The notes: a model not told the origin generated them from the letters alone. A stretch of DNA of 64,000 nucleotides from Actinomycetota bacterium (GCA_038040415.1 JBBPIK010000006.1:8763-72762); one strand, 5' to 3'. Positions 17,110 to 26,268 are shown, numbered from the stretch's first letter. Numbers and translations: made by a program.

Positions 17110-18855
17110 TCAGGTGGGAAGCGGCTGGCCGAACATCTCGGGCAGGCGGCCGGCCAGGGCGAAGTCGCCCTCGATCACCAAGGCGCCCTCGAGCAGCAGC
17201 TTCGGCGCGAATGCCTCCCGGGCGGCCAAGCGCACGAAGTCGGGCACGCTCGCACGAAAGGTGACGGCGGGCTCGGCCGCTGTCCCACGACGCACCGCCG
17301 CCCGTCCCTCACCTATCCGGATCGTCCAGCTCCGCGGCCCGTCGCGACCGCTCAGCTCGTAGGTGATCTCGCCCTCGAAGCCGTGCGCCCGCTCGGGAAT
17401 GAACGCCCGCTCCATCCCCTTGAAGATCACCGTCAGCCCCGGCCCCCGGTCGAAGAGGCGGTGGAGCTGCTCGTCCGTGCGACCGCGGACCAGGCTCGCG
17501 AAAGCCGTCTCCCCGAGACGGGTCGCCAGCTCCCGCGCGGCTTGGCCACGCTCGGAGGCGCCGTCTCGGTCCGCCCCGCGAGCGGCCGCCTCCGCGCGGG
17601 CGGGCGCGGGCTCGCCGTCGGGCCTGACGACGTAGTCCGGATCCGCCTCGCGTGGGGGCGCCCGGCGTGCCAGCGCCCTCTCCATCGCTTCCGCCAGCCG
17701 CTCACCCTTGACGCGCTCGCGCTCCGGGGCGCGTTCCGCAAACCGGGGCAGGACCTCGGCAGCGAACAGCTCGAGGCTCTCGCAGATGTGCTCGTGGCGG
17801 TTGGTGCCGGCCTGCGAAACGAAGATCACCTGGTCGACGCCGGCCGCCTCGTAGCGCTGGATCAGGTCCGCGACCTGGTCTGGGGTCCCGATCGCCCCGC
17901 GCAGGCTTCCCAGCCCCTGCTGGAGGAGCCGGACGCCGAGCGGCCCGTCGTCGGGCGTGACGATCTCCCGTGCGAAGCCGACCTCCGCGCGACGCTCCTC
18001 GAACTCCCGCCACACGTTGGAGCGGCCCGGCCGGTGCTCGCCGAAGGCGTAATAGTAGGCAAGGGAGAAGCCGAAGAAATGAGCGCCGTCGATACCGCGC
18101 TCGATCGCCGTCGCCTCGTCGCGGTGACACATCATCGGCAGCACCACGGCCACGTTGGGGTTGACGGCGAAGCCCGCCGGCAGGCAGCTTTCGGACTCGA
18201 TCAGCTCGTAATAGGAGTCCACCCACTCCTTCGCCGCCTCCGGCTCGACGAAGGCAAACGACAGCGCCCCGAGCCCCCGTTGCGCCGCCGTCAGGATCGT
18301 GTCCCGCCGGCTGCAGGCCACCCACAGCGGCGGGTGGGGCTGCTGCTTTGGCTTCGGGACGACGTTTCGGGGAGGCATCGAGACCCAGCGGCCCTCGTAG
18401 CCGGCGAACGGCTCCTCCACGAACATGCGGGTGATCGCGTCCAGCGACTCCTCCCACTGGGCTCGCTTTTGCTCGCGATCGACGCCGAACCCCCCCAGCT
18501 CCATCTGCGAGCTGCCCTCGCCGGTCCCGAGCTCCACCCGGCCACCGGAGACGAGGTCGAGCGTCGCCACCCGCTCGGCCACCCGCGCGGGGTGGTTGAC
18601 GGCCGGGGGAGCCTGGACGATCCCGTGTCCGAGGCGGATGCGGCTCGTGCGCTGGCTGGCGGCGGCCAGGAAGACCTCGGGGGCGCTCGAGTGCGAATAC
18701 TCCTCCAGGAAGTGGTGCTCGACCTCCCAGACGTAGTCGATCCCCAGCCGGTCGGCCAGCTCGACCTGCTCGAGGGCGTCGGCCAGCAGCTTGGCCTCGT
18801 CGGGCTGGCCTTCGGCGCGGGGGAGCTGGTGCTCGTAGAAGAGGCCGAACCTCAT
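17110..18855 (-). CDS. LLM-class (luciferase-like) flavin-dependent oxidoreductase fused to a C-terminal SCP2-like domain
   Basis: The start is at MRFGLFYEHQ (ATG 18855). The LLM core has GIDYVWEVEHHF, RIRLGHGIV and GRVELGTGEGS. After an Ala/Arg-rich linker, the last roughly 110 aa (TVIFKGMERAF, ITYELSG, LLLEGALVIEGDFALAGRL) resemble an SCP2 sterol-carrier fold. Confidence 0.8.
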   Translation of the reverse strand: MRFGLFYEHQLPRAEGQPDEAKLLADALEQVELADRLGIDYVWEVEHHFLEEYSHSSAPEVFLAAASQRTSRIRLGHGIVQAPPAVNHPARVAERVATLDLVSGGRVELGTGEGSSQMELGGFGVDREQKRAQWEESLDAITRMFVEEPFAGYEGRWVSMPPRNVVPKPKQQPHPPLWVACSRRDTILTAAQRGLGALSFAFVEPEAAKEWVDSYYELIESESCLPAGFAVNPNVAVVLPMMCHRDEATAIERGIDGAHFFGFSLAYYYAFGEHRPGRSNVWREFEERRAEVGFAREIVTPDDGPLGVRLLQQGLGSLRGAIGTPDQVADLIQRYEAAGVDQVIFVSQAGTNRHEHICESLELFAAEVLPRFAERAPERERVKGERLAEAMERALARRAPPREADPDYVVRPDGEPAPARAEAAARGADRDGASERGQAARELATRLGETAFASLVRGRTDEQLHRLFDRGPGLTVIFKGMERAFIPERAHGFEGEITYELSGRDGPRSWTIRIGEGRAAVRRGTAAEPAVTFRASVPDFVRLAAREAFAPKLLLEGALVIEGDFALAGRLPEMFGQPLPT

Positions 18856-18883
18856 CTCGCGCTCACCGCGCGAGGATATTCCC

Positions 18884-19801
18884 ATGACGGCGATCGTGTC
18901 GGCGATCATCGTGGCGACGGCCGCGGGTGTTTGGGCGGAGCGTCGCTACGGCGGACGGGCCGGGATCGCGGCGCGCCGGGGGCTGCTCTTCGTGCTCTAC
19001 GTGGTGCTGCCGCCAACCACCTTCTTCAACCTGGCCCGGGTCGAGTTCGACGCGGACGTCGGGCTGGGGATCGGGCTCGCGTACCTGGCGCTGGCGCTTG
19101 CGGCACTGCTCGCCTGGGTGGTGGCCTCGCGGCTGCTGGGCCTCCGACGCTCCGCGGTGGGCGCCGTGATCTGCTGCACGCTGGTTGCCAACACCGGCTA
19201 CCTGGGCTATCCGCTGGTCGCGGCGCTGCTCGGCTTCGACCGGCTGTCGGAGGCGGTGATCTACGACGTTCTGGTCTCTGCGCCGGCCCTGCTCGTGGGT
19301 GCGTTCTCGATCGGCGCGGCGTTCGGCGATCGGGCGGGCGAGACCCCCCGGCAGCGAGTGGTCGCGTTCTTCACCCGCAACCCGCCGCTCTACGCGGCGG
19401 CGCTGGCGCTGGTCGCGCCGGACTCGCTGGCGCCGGATGCGCTGGTGGACGCATCGCGGATCGCGATCGTCGCCCTGCTGCCGCTCGGCTTCTTCGCGGT
19501 CGGCGCAGCGCTGGCCGAGGAGGCCGAGGAAGGCACGATCCCGGTTCCGCCGCCCCTCGACGCCGCGGTCGCTGCCGCGGTGGGGCTGCGGCTGGTGGTC
19601 GCGCCGGGGCTGCTCTTGTTGATCGCCCTACCGCTGATCGACCTCCCGGGCCCCTACCTGCTGCTCGCCGCGATGCCCTGCGGCATCAACACCATGATCG
19701 TCGCTCACGCGTACGGGCTGGACCTGCGGATCTCCGCCGCCGCCGTTGCCTGGTCGACCGCGATCGCGGTCGTGGTGGCCGTTGCCTCGCTGGCCGTTTG
19801 A
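18884..19801 (+). CDS. AEC (auxin efflux carrier) family transporter
   Basis: The 305-aa polytopic product has LVANTGYLGYPLVAALLG and a C-terminal LLAAMPCGINTMIVAHAYGLD, both typical of the AEC family. Confidence 0.8.
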   Translation: MTAIVSAIIVATAAGVWAERRYGGRAGIAARRGLLFVLYVVLPPTTFFNLARVEFDADVGLGIGLAYLALALAALLAWVVASRLLGLRRSAVGAVICCTLVANTGYLGYPLVAALLGFDRLSEAVIYDVLVSAPALLVGAFSIGAAFGDRAGETPRQRVVAFFTRNPPLYAAALALVAPDSLAPDALVDASRIAIVALLPLGFFAVGAALAEEAEEGTIPVPPPLDAAVAAAVGLRLVVAPGLLLLIALPLIDLPGPYLLLAAMPCGINTMIVAHAYGLDLRISAAAVAWSTAIAVVVAVASLAV

Positions 19802-19854
19802 GCCGCCGACACCCGTGGCGCTCGCGCGAGGCTGACGCCAGGCGAGCAGAAGCG

Positions 19855-19895
19855 CTGGCCGAGTTGCGATTCATATAGGAGCGCAACTCGGCCAG
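19855..19895. terminator. hairpin downstream of the AEC transporter gene
   Basis: CTGGCCGAGTTGCG-attcatataggag-CGCAACTCGGCCAG forms a 14-bp perfect stem with an AT-rich loop. Confidence 0.4.
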
Positions 19896-19931
19896 GGTGG
19901 CGCCACGGCCGCGGGGCCGCTCCGATCGGCG

Positions 19932-20282
19932 TTGGCGTTGGGAAACCCCCCAGTCGATCTCGGGTACCTCTGGACGACCGTGTTCGGTGACGAGCTCTTG
20001 CCGCTCTACTGGATCACCGCCATCTTGGCCATCGTCCTGCTCATGGCCGGCCAGCTTCGTTCGCTTCATGAGCGGCTCGTGGGCGTCGGGTTCGTGGCGG
20101 TCGGGGCTGCTTCGGTCTGGTGGCTCGTTCGTTGGTCCGCTGACAGTTGCGCCGACCAGTTCGAGTTCGCCTGCGACAACCTCAAGACCGCTGTCGACGC
20201 GATGTTTGTTGCGTGGGTGATTCTGGCACTCGCGGCCGGAGCAAGCCTGATCGTGAACGCTGTCCGTCGGCAGGGCCCTTAG
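19932..20282 (+). CDS. hypothetical small membrane protein
   Basis: This 116-aa ORF starts with TTG and has three hydrophobic segments. Local GC is lower than the flanks. I recognise no family. Confidence 0.4.
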   Translation: MALGNPPVDLGYLWTTVFGDELLPLYWITAILAIVLLMAGQLRSLHERLVGVGFVAVGAASVWWLVRWSADSCADQFEFACDNLKTAVDAMFVAWVILALAAGASLIVNAVRRQGP

Positions 20283-20318
20283 GGCACGCTTCCCCTCGGG
20301 CACGGGAGCTCGCTCCAT

Positions 20319-20365
20319 GCCCCTGGCGCCTTTGTTGCTCATGCGGCAACAAAAGCGCCAGGGGC
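20319..20365. terminator. TH2 hairpin copy b
   Basis: GCCCCTGGCGCCTTTGTTGC-tcatgcg-GCAACAAAAGCGCCAGGGGC forms a 20-bp stem with one mismatch. It begins 37 nt after the stop at 20282. Confidence 0.45.
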
Positions 20366-20437
20366 ACCGATTCGCCCCCTACCAAGCCCGCAAACGCCTG
20401 AGCATGGCCCCGCCGCGACGCTGACTAGGATCAACTC

Positions 20438-22027
20438 GTGCGCTATCCGGTCGAGTCGTTCACCCCCGAAGAGGAGGCGATCCTGCGTCCCCACTTCACC
20501 AATCTCGACCGGCCGGTCTTCTGCCTGACCAACCTGCCCGAGACGGTGAAGGGGGCGATGTTCGCCCGCTACTCGCGCTACGCGGGCACCGTGCGGCGGC
20601 TGTTCCTCGAGGAGTTCGCCGCCGACGTGCCCGCAGGGGATCGACCCTTCGACGGCGTCGAAGGCGAGCGGGCCGCGGGGCTGTATGAGCGGGTATTCAT
20701 CGGCTACGGCGACGACTCGATCGGCCAGGTGGGTGGCGCCCACCTGGCCTGCGAGTGGGTGTCGAACATACTCACCAAGGTTCTCCAGCGCGGCCGGCTG
20801 GCCGCCTATCTGGAGCAGTCGACGCGCTACATCCCCTATGACCAGCCGATGGAGGAGGGTGGCGGCTACCGCTACTACCGCGACGAGGTGCTGGGCGAGC
20901 CCTTCGAGGCCGCCATGGACGAGCTGTTCCGGATCTACTCACGCAGCCTGAAAACGGTCCAGTCGTGGGCAGCGGAGCGCTGGCCCCGTGCCGAGGAGCC
21001 GGAGGGCGCCTGGCGGCGCTCGATCCGCGCCAAGTCGCTCGACCTGCTGCGGGGCGTGCTCCCTGCCTCGACGCTGAGCCACGTCGGCATCTTTGCGTCG
21101 GGCCAGGCCTACGAGCAGCTCCTCCTCCGCCTGATGGCCTCGCCGCTCCCGGAGGCGCGCGAGTACGGCGACATGATCCTCACCGAGCTCACCAAGGTGA
21201 TACCGAGCTTCGTCGGGCGCATCGAGCGACCCGATCGCGGCGGCGAGTGGATCGCCTACCTGCGCGAACGCCGGCGGGCCACCGAGCGCACGGTGGCACG
21301 TCTGGGGCTGGACCGCCCCACCGTGAGCGACGCGCCCTCGGTCGAGCTGGTCGGTGTCGAAGGCGGCGAGGAGGACCTGCTCGCTGCCACGCTGTTCGAG
21401 TCGGCGAGCGCTTCGGAGGCCGAGATCCGCGACCGGATCGGGACCCTCGACCCGCTGGAGCGCGCCGAGCTGATCGGCGAGCTGGCCGGCGAGCGGCGAA
21501 ACCGCCGCCACCGCCCCGGACGCGGCTGGGAGGCGGTGCGATACCGGTTCGAGATCGTCTCCGACTACGGCGGCTTCCGCGACCTCCAGCGCCACCGGAT
21601 GCTGACCTGCCAGTGGCAACGCCTGGGGCCGCACCTGGGCGCGGCAACCCCGGAGGAGGTGCGCGATGCCGGCGCGGGGCCGGAATACGACCGGGCACTC
21701 GAGATCTCGCGGCGCGAGTTCGAGCGGCTCCAGGACGAAGGACTCGCCGAGGCCGCCCCCTACGCCCTCTGCCTCGGCTACCGAATCCGCTACGTGCTCG
21801 ATCTCAACGCGCGGGAGGCCATGCATCTGATCGAGCTTCGCTCCGGTCGCGAGGGACATCCGACCTACCGCGCCGTGGCCCAAGCCATGCACGAACGGAT
21901 TGCCGCCGTCCACCCGGCGATCGCTCGGGCAATGACTCACGTGGACTCCTCCCGCGAACCGCGCTTGGAGCGCATCCTGGGCGAGATCCGCACGCACCGA
22001 AAGCGCCTGGCTGCGGCTCGCGAGTGA
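20438..22027 (+). CDS. ThyX-like (FAD-dependent thymidylate synthase family) long-form protein
   Basis: The 529-aa product has ETVKGAMFARYSRY, LEQSTRYIPY, FRDLQRHRMLT and MHLIELRSGREGHPTYR, which resemble duplicated Thy1/ThyX domain signatures. Its function as a genuine thymidylate synthase is not established from sequence alone. Confidence 0.6.
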   Translation: MRYPVESFTPEEEAILRPHFTNLDRPVFCLTNLPETVKGAMFARYSRYAGTVRRLFLEEFAADVPAGDRPFDGVEGERAAGLYERVFIGYGDDSIGQVGGAHLACEWVSNILTKVLQRGRLAAYLEQSTRYIPYDQPMEEGGGYRYYRDEVLGEPFEAAMDELFRIYSRSLKTVQSWAAERWPRAEEPEGAWRRSIRAKSLDLLRGVLPASTLSHVGIFASGQAYEQLLLRLMASPLPEAREYGDMILTELTKVIPSFVGRIERPDRGGEWIAYLRERRRATERTVARLGLDRPTVSDAPSVELVGVEGGEEDLLAATLFESASASEAEIRDRIGTLDPLERAELIGELAGERRNRRHRPGRGWEAVRYRFEIVSDYGGFRDLQRHRMLTCQWQRLGPHLGAATPEEVRDAGAGPEYDRALEISRREFERLQDEGLAEAAPYALCLGYRIRYVLDLNAREAMHLIELRSGREGHPTYRAVAQAMHERIAAVHPAIARAMTHVDSSREPRLERILGEIRTHRKRLAAARE

Positions 22028-22061
22028 ACCTGATCCGCCTCGTACCCGTATGCTCGGGTGA

Positions 22062-22904
22062 GTGGTGGCGCCGCAGGCCTCATCGATACCCGCCGGCGTA
22101 GACAGGGCCGCGACCAGGGGGAACGCCCAAACGAAGGCGAGCACGCTGCTGATCGGCGTCGGCGTGTTGATGGTCTGTCTGGCGATCCCCGCCACGCTGG
22201 TCGGCGCCCAGGCTCCGGCGACGCCTGCCGACCCCAGCGCCGGCCAACCAGTGGTCCCTGAGCAGCCCCCCGAGCCCCCGGCTCCCGAGCCGCAACCGCC
22301 GCCACCCAGTACGGACCCGCCCGAGCCGAGCCCGGCCCCCCCGCCGGCCTCCGAACCGCCGGACGATGCAACACCGCCGCCTCCTGCGCCGGTCGCCGAC
22401 CCCTCGACCGAAGTCAGGGCCGCCGCACGCTCCGTTTCGGTGTCGATCCTCGATGGCAGCTCACAGAGCGCCTATGTGTTCTCGCCCAGCTCGGTCACGG
22501 TCAGCACCGGCGACACCGTCAACTGGACCAACAACGGGGCCGAGCCGCACGACGTCACCGGTAGCGGCCTCGCCTCTGGCCTCCTGCAGTCCGGCCAGGG
22601 CTACTCGCACACCTTCACGAGCGCCGGCGACTTCAGCTACATCTGCTCGATCCACCCGTTCATGCAGGGGTCCGTGAGTGTGCTGGCGGCGAGCGGCGGA
22701 GGCGGTAGCGACTCGGGGTCCACCCAGGACCCGTCCGCTTCCACAGCCCCGGGCTCGGAGTCCGCCGCGGTGACCTCGGCGGGCGCGGCCGGGAGCGCCT
22801 CGCAGCTCCCCTCGAGCGGCATGCCGGTATTGCCGCTGCTCGCCGCCGGCATGGGACTCGTGCTCGCAGGGGCGCTCCTGCGCCGCCGGGCCCGGGTCAG
22901 CTAG
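22062..22904 (+). CDS. secreted cupredoxin (type-1 copper site) with Pro-rich linker and C-terminal sorting-signal-like anchor
   Basis: The N-terminal signal is LLIGVGVLMVCLAIPATLVGAQA, followed by a PEPPAPEPQPPPP linker. The plastocyanin-like ligands are EPHDV and YICSIHPFMQG (Cys, His and Met). The C-terminus is LPSSG plus a hydrophobic stretch plus RRRARVS. The start is uncertain (GTG 22062). Confidence 0.7.
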   Translation: MVAPQASSIPAGVDRAATRGNAQTKASTLLIGVGVLMVCLAIPATLVGAQAPATPADPSAGQPVVPEQPPEPPAPEPQPPPPSTDPPEPSPAPPPASEPPDDATPPPPAPVADPSTEVRAAARSVSVSILDGSSQSAYVFSPSSVTVSTGDTVNWTNNGAEPHDVTGSGLASGLLQSGQGYSHTFTSAGDFSYICSIHPFMQGSVSVLAASGGGGSDSGSTQDPSASTAPGSESAAVTSAGAAGSASQLPSSGMPVLPLLAAGMGLVLAGALLRRRARVS

Positions 22905-23460
22905 CTGCCACCGGCTCCGCAGCCTCGACTGCCACGCCGATCAGCGCCGCCATGAACGCGGGCAGGTCGGGTGGGCGGCGCGAGGAGACCAGGTTGCCGT
23001 CGACCACGACCTCCGCGTCCTCCCACTCGGCGCCCGCGTTTCGCAGGTCGTCGGCGATCGCCGGCACCGAGGTCACACGGCGGCCCTCGACGATCCCGGC
23101 CGAGATCGGCACCCAGCCGGCGTGGCAGATGAAGGCGATCGGCTTGCCCTGCTCGTGCAGGCCGCGAACCAGCGCCTTGACGCCCTCGTCGGTGCGCAGC
23201 TTGTCGGGGCCGAAGCCGCCGGCGATCACCAGCAGGTCCAGGTCGTCGGGCACCAGGTCGGCGGCCGCCTGATCGGTGACCAGCTCGATCCCCTTCTTGC
23301 CCCGCACGGTCTCTCCGCCGTCGATGCCGACCATGCCGACCGTCGCCCCCGCCTCCTGAAGGCGGTAGTACGGGTAGATCGCCTCGGCGTCCTCGAACAG
23401 GGGGCCGATCATCACCGCGGCGCGCCGGCCGGCGAGTGGCTCGTGCTCGATCTGCGTCAT
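22897..23460 (-). CDS. DJ-1/PfpI family protein
   Basis: The 187-aa product has DLLVIAGGFGPD and the nucleophile elbow AFICHAGW. Confidence 0.85.
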   Translation of the reverse strand: MTQIEHEPLAGRRAAVMIGPLFEDAEAIYPYYRLQEAGATVGMVGIDGGETVRGKKGIELVTDQAAADLVPDDLDLLVIAGGFGPDKLRTDEGVKALVRGLHEQGKPIAFICHAGWVPISAGIVEGRRVTSVPAIADDLRNAGAEWEDAEVVVDGNLVSSRRPPDLPAFMAALIGVAVEAAEPVAAS

Positions 23461-23480
23461 CTGATCCTCCTCCTTCGCGA

Positions 23481-23975
23481 TCAGTCCTCGCAGACATCCG
23501 CGACCGTCGCCTCGCCGAGGCGTGCGAGATCGCGCGGATCGACGAGCACGGAGTGACGATGATCTCCGCCGCTGCAGAGGATGCGCTCGTGTTCCATCAG
23601 CCGCAGGTCGAGGGCCTCCGGCGCCGGCAGCATGGGGCCAAGCGGTGGCAGCGCACCGACCTCGAACGACGCGAAGTCAGCCTCCATCTCTGGCTCGCTC
23701 GCCAGCCTCAGTTGCCCGCTGGCGTCCAGCGCCAGGCGCGCCTTGCGCAGGTCGAGCCGGCATGAGGCCGGGATCACGGCCAGTCGGTACTCGTTGCCGT
23801 CACGCAACACGATCGTCTTCGCGGCGTGATCGGGCGGCACGCCCGCGGCCTTCGCCTCCTGCGCCGCGCTGTCCGTCTGCTCGTGGTCGACCACCTCGTG
23901 CGCCACACGGTGCTCCTCCAGGTAGCGGTGCACGAGGTCGATCCCGTGCGCCTCGCTCTCGGTGGTGCTCGCCAT
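23481..23975 (-). CDS. YbaK/aminoacyl-tRNA deacylase-like domain protein
   Basis: The start is at MASTTESE (ATG 23975), preceded by GGAAGGAGAG. AKTIVLRDGNEYRLAVIPASCRLDLRKA, FEVGALPPLG and ILCSGGDH fit the YbaK/ProX fold. Confidence 0.7.
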   Translation of the reverse strand: MASTTESEAHGIDLVHRYLEEHRVAHEVVDHEQTDSAAQEAKAAGVPPDHAAKTIVLRDGNEYRLAVIPASCRLDLRKARLALDASGQLRLASEPEMEADFASFEVGALPPLGPMLPAPEALDLRLMEHERILCSGGDHRHSVLVDPRDLARLGEATVADVCED

Positions 23976-24047
23976 CGCCCTCTCCTTCCATGGAGATCCT
24001 ACGGCACCCCGAATTCCGGTCGAGCGAACGAGCGAGTGCTCCACGCT

Positions 24048-24084
24048 TATGACTTTCGATCCCTATAGGGGGCCCAAAGTCATA
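24048..24084 (-). terminator. nested hairpin in the 138-nt spacer after the 24114..25181 gene
   Basis: TATGACTTT...AAAGTCATA forms a 9-bp stem that encloses the palindrome CCCTATAGGG. This is one of the few AT-rich patches in the region. Confidence 0.3.
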
Positions 24085-24113
24085 GGCGTCGGTCGGAACT
24101 TCGAATCGACCGC

Positions 24114-25181
24114 CTAGTGGCGGCGCTTGCGCTTGCGCTTGCGGGAGCCGGCCTGGCCCGCAGGTGGGCCTTCCGGCTGCTCAGCGGCGGCCGGCACCTC
24201 GGTCGCCTCGCCCTCGATCGCCTCACCGCTCGGCGGCGCCTCACCGCTCGGCTCCTCCCCGGGTTTCAGCCAGGGGATCGCTTCGCCGGCCTCCCAGGCG
24301 GGCGGGCGCCCGCCGGGCACCCTGCCGAGGAAGAGCAGGCCCAGCCACCCGATCCAGAGGGCCAGCATCAGGGTGCCGGGGGGGCCCAGGAGGATGATCG
24401 AAACGCCCACCGCCATCCCCAGGGTGCCGAAGAACCGGGCCAGCAGGCCGGCCCGAACCGCCTGCAGCGGCGTGTAGACCATTGCCACGATCAGGCCGAG
24501 CAGGGCCGGAAACTGCAGACTGCCTCCAACCTGCGCAGCCGTCGAGTCCTCGCTGATTTGCTCGGCGAGTGCGTCGCCCGACTCTCCGCTCGAGTCCTCC
24601 TCGTGCTCGACGCCGGCGGCGTCCAGCCGATCGACCAGCGCTTGCTCGCCGTCCGGCGGGTATTCGCTGGTTCGAAAGCTGCCGTCCTTCAGCTCGATGT
24701 CGATCTCGCGGGAGTCCGTGTACAGCGTGACCTTCTCGATCGAGGCACTGTTTGACTTCAGGTCATCGACGAAACGGGGGTACTGCTCCCGAACAAGAGG
24801 GCCCTGCTCGACGAAGTCGGAGGAGATCTCCGACACCGCCACCCAGTTGACGATCGCCTGGCCTGCCATCAGGACCGGGCCGATGAAGACGAAGCCGACC
24901 ATCGCCGCCCGTACTCGCGGACTGCGCGCTTGTGCGGCCCGAAACAGGTAGAGCAACGGGCCGATCATGAAGAGAAATCCGAAGGCCGCGAGTAACGAGA
25001 ACGTCGCAATCGCGCCGCGGTGCGAGTCGAAGGCGTGAAATTGGGCCGAGGTTGTGTCCTCGGCGGGGATCTGCACTTGCGCCAGGAACGAGGCGACTAT
25101 GAGCACGGTTGCGCCGAGGGCGACGACGCCCGCCGGGGGTGCCCAGCGGCGCTCGCGCTCGATGATCCGCTCGCGGCCCAA
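24114..25181 (-). CDS. hypothetical polytopic membrane protein with central soluble loop and basic tail
   Basis: The 355-aa ORF starts with TTG. TM segments flank an acidic loop of about 110 aa (SSDFVEQGPLV...EEDSSGESGD). The C-terminus is SRKRKRKRRH. I recognise no family. The start lies only 9 nt from the divergent ACT gene, so it is uncertain. Confidence 0.55.
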   Translation of the reverse strand: MGRERIIERERRWAPPAGVVALGATVLIVASFLAQVQIPAEDTTSAQFHAFDSHRGAIATFSLLAAFGFLFMIGPLLYLFRAAQARSPRVRAAMVGFVFIGPVLMAGQAIVNWVAVSEISSDFVEQGPLVREQYPRFVDDLKSNSASIEKVTLYTDSREIDIELKDGSFRTSEYPPDGEQALVDRLDAAGVEHEEDSSGESGDALAEQISEDSTAAQVGGSLQFPALLGLIVAMVYTPLQAVRAGLLARFFGTLGMAVGVSIILLGPPGTLMLALWIGWLGLLFLGRVPGGRPPAWEAGEAIPWLKPGEEPSGEAPPSGEAIEGEATEVPAAAEQPEGPPAGQAGSRKRKRKRRH

Positions 25182-25190
25182 AGTCGGGGT

Positions 25191-25736
25191 ATGTTACGGC
25201 TCGTGCCCGAGTTCGCCGTGACCGCGATCGGCCGCGACCGCCCCGGAATCGTCGCGGCGATCAGCGCGGCGCTGCTGGAGCTGGACGGGAACATCGAGGA
25301 TTCGCAGATGTCGATCCTCCGCGGCCACTTCGCCGTGATGCTGATCGTCAAGCTGCCCGGCGCGCCGGACGCAGACGACCTCGAGGGGCGCCTCGAGCGC
25401 GTCCGGCAGGAGCTCAAGCTGGAGGCGATCGCCGTGAATCGGGTCGACGACCTCGGCGTGGCGGCCGCTCGCCCCTCGCACGTGATCACGGTCTACGGCG
25501 CCGACCATCCCGGCATCGTCCACGCCGTCAGCGCGGCGCTTGCCGAGCGCGGGGTGAACATCACCGGCCTCGAGACGCGGCTCGCCGGCGCCGCGGACTC
25601 TCCGCTCTACGTGATGATCATCGAGGTGGCCATCCCCGAGGCTTCTGCGCCCGACCTGGAGGCGGCGCTGAGCGAGGTCGCGGACAACGCGAAGGTCGAG
25701 GTGAGCATCCGTCCGCTCGCTGCCGACGCCCTCTAA
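25191..25736 (+). CDS. tandem ACT-domain protein (GcvR-like)
   Basis: The ATG at 25191 (MLRLVPEFAVTAIGRDRPGIVAAIS) is followed by a second ACT repeat (VITVYGADHPGIVHAVSAALAERGVNI). Confidence 0.7.
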   Translation: MLRLVPEFAVTAIGRDRPGIVAAISAALLELDGNIEDSQMSILRGHFAVMLIVKLPGAPDADDLEGRLERVRQELKLEAIAVNRVDDLGVAAARPSHVITVYGADHPGIVHAVSAALAERGVNITGLETRLAGAADSPLYVMIIEVAIPEASAPDLEAALSEVADNAKVEVSIRPLAADAL

Positions 25737-25754
25737 GTCGTAGATGAGCGACTA

Positions 25755-26252
25755 GTGGCCGCTCGCGAGGTCCTCGTCTACCCGCACCCGATGCTGAAGC
25801 AGGTGGCGGCGCCCGCGCAGGCCGGCGACGCCGAGGCGATTGGACGCGACCTGGTCGACACGATGCGGTCGTTCGAGCGCTGCGTCGGGCTGGCCGCCCC
25901 GCAGATCCGGGAGCCGGCACGGGTGATCGCCGTCGACGTGCGCGGACACCCGAAGGCCGACACCGACAATGGCCTGCTGGTGCTCGTCAATCCGCGGATC
26001 GTCGAGGCTGAGGGCTCCGAGGTCGCCCGCGAGGGCTGCCTCTCGATTCCCGACCTGACCGCCAACGTGCGTCGCGCAACCTCGATCGCGGTCGAGCATG
26101 CCGCGGGCACGGCCCACTGCCTGGGCTTCGAGGCCCGCTGCGTGCAGCACGAGCTCGACCACCTGGACGGGATCCTCTTCCTCGACCGGGTCGAGTCGCT
26201 TGTGGACGACGTCTTCCGTCGCCGCGTCTACGCGGACAAGCCGGAGAGCTAG
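25755..26252 (+). CDS. def: peptide deformylase
   Basis: The three deformylase motifs GLAAPQ, EGCLS and HELDH are present. The start codon is GTG. Confidence 0.9.
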   Translation: MAAREVLVYPHPMLKQVAAPAQAGDAEAIGRDLVDTMRSFERCVGLAAPQIREPARVIAVDVRGHPKADTDNGLLVLVNPRIVEAEGSEVAREGCLSIPDLTANVRRATSIAVEHAAGTAHCLGFEARCVQHELDHLDGILFLDRVESLVDDVFRRRVYADKPES

Positions 26253-26268
26253 CGGGCTGCGAGGCCTG

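Noticed and set aside
17383-19878. 831-aa ORF on the plus strand spanning the LLM gene and the AEC transporter region
   Set aside because: It lies antisense to the well-supported LLM-SCP2 gene and out of frame with the AEC transporter. Its composition is low-complexity and Arg/Pro-rich.
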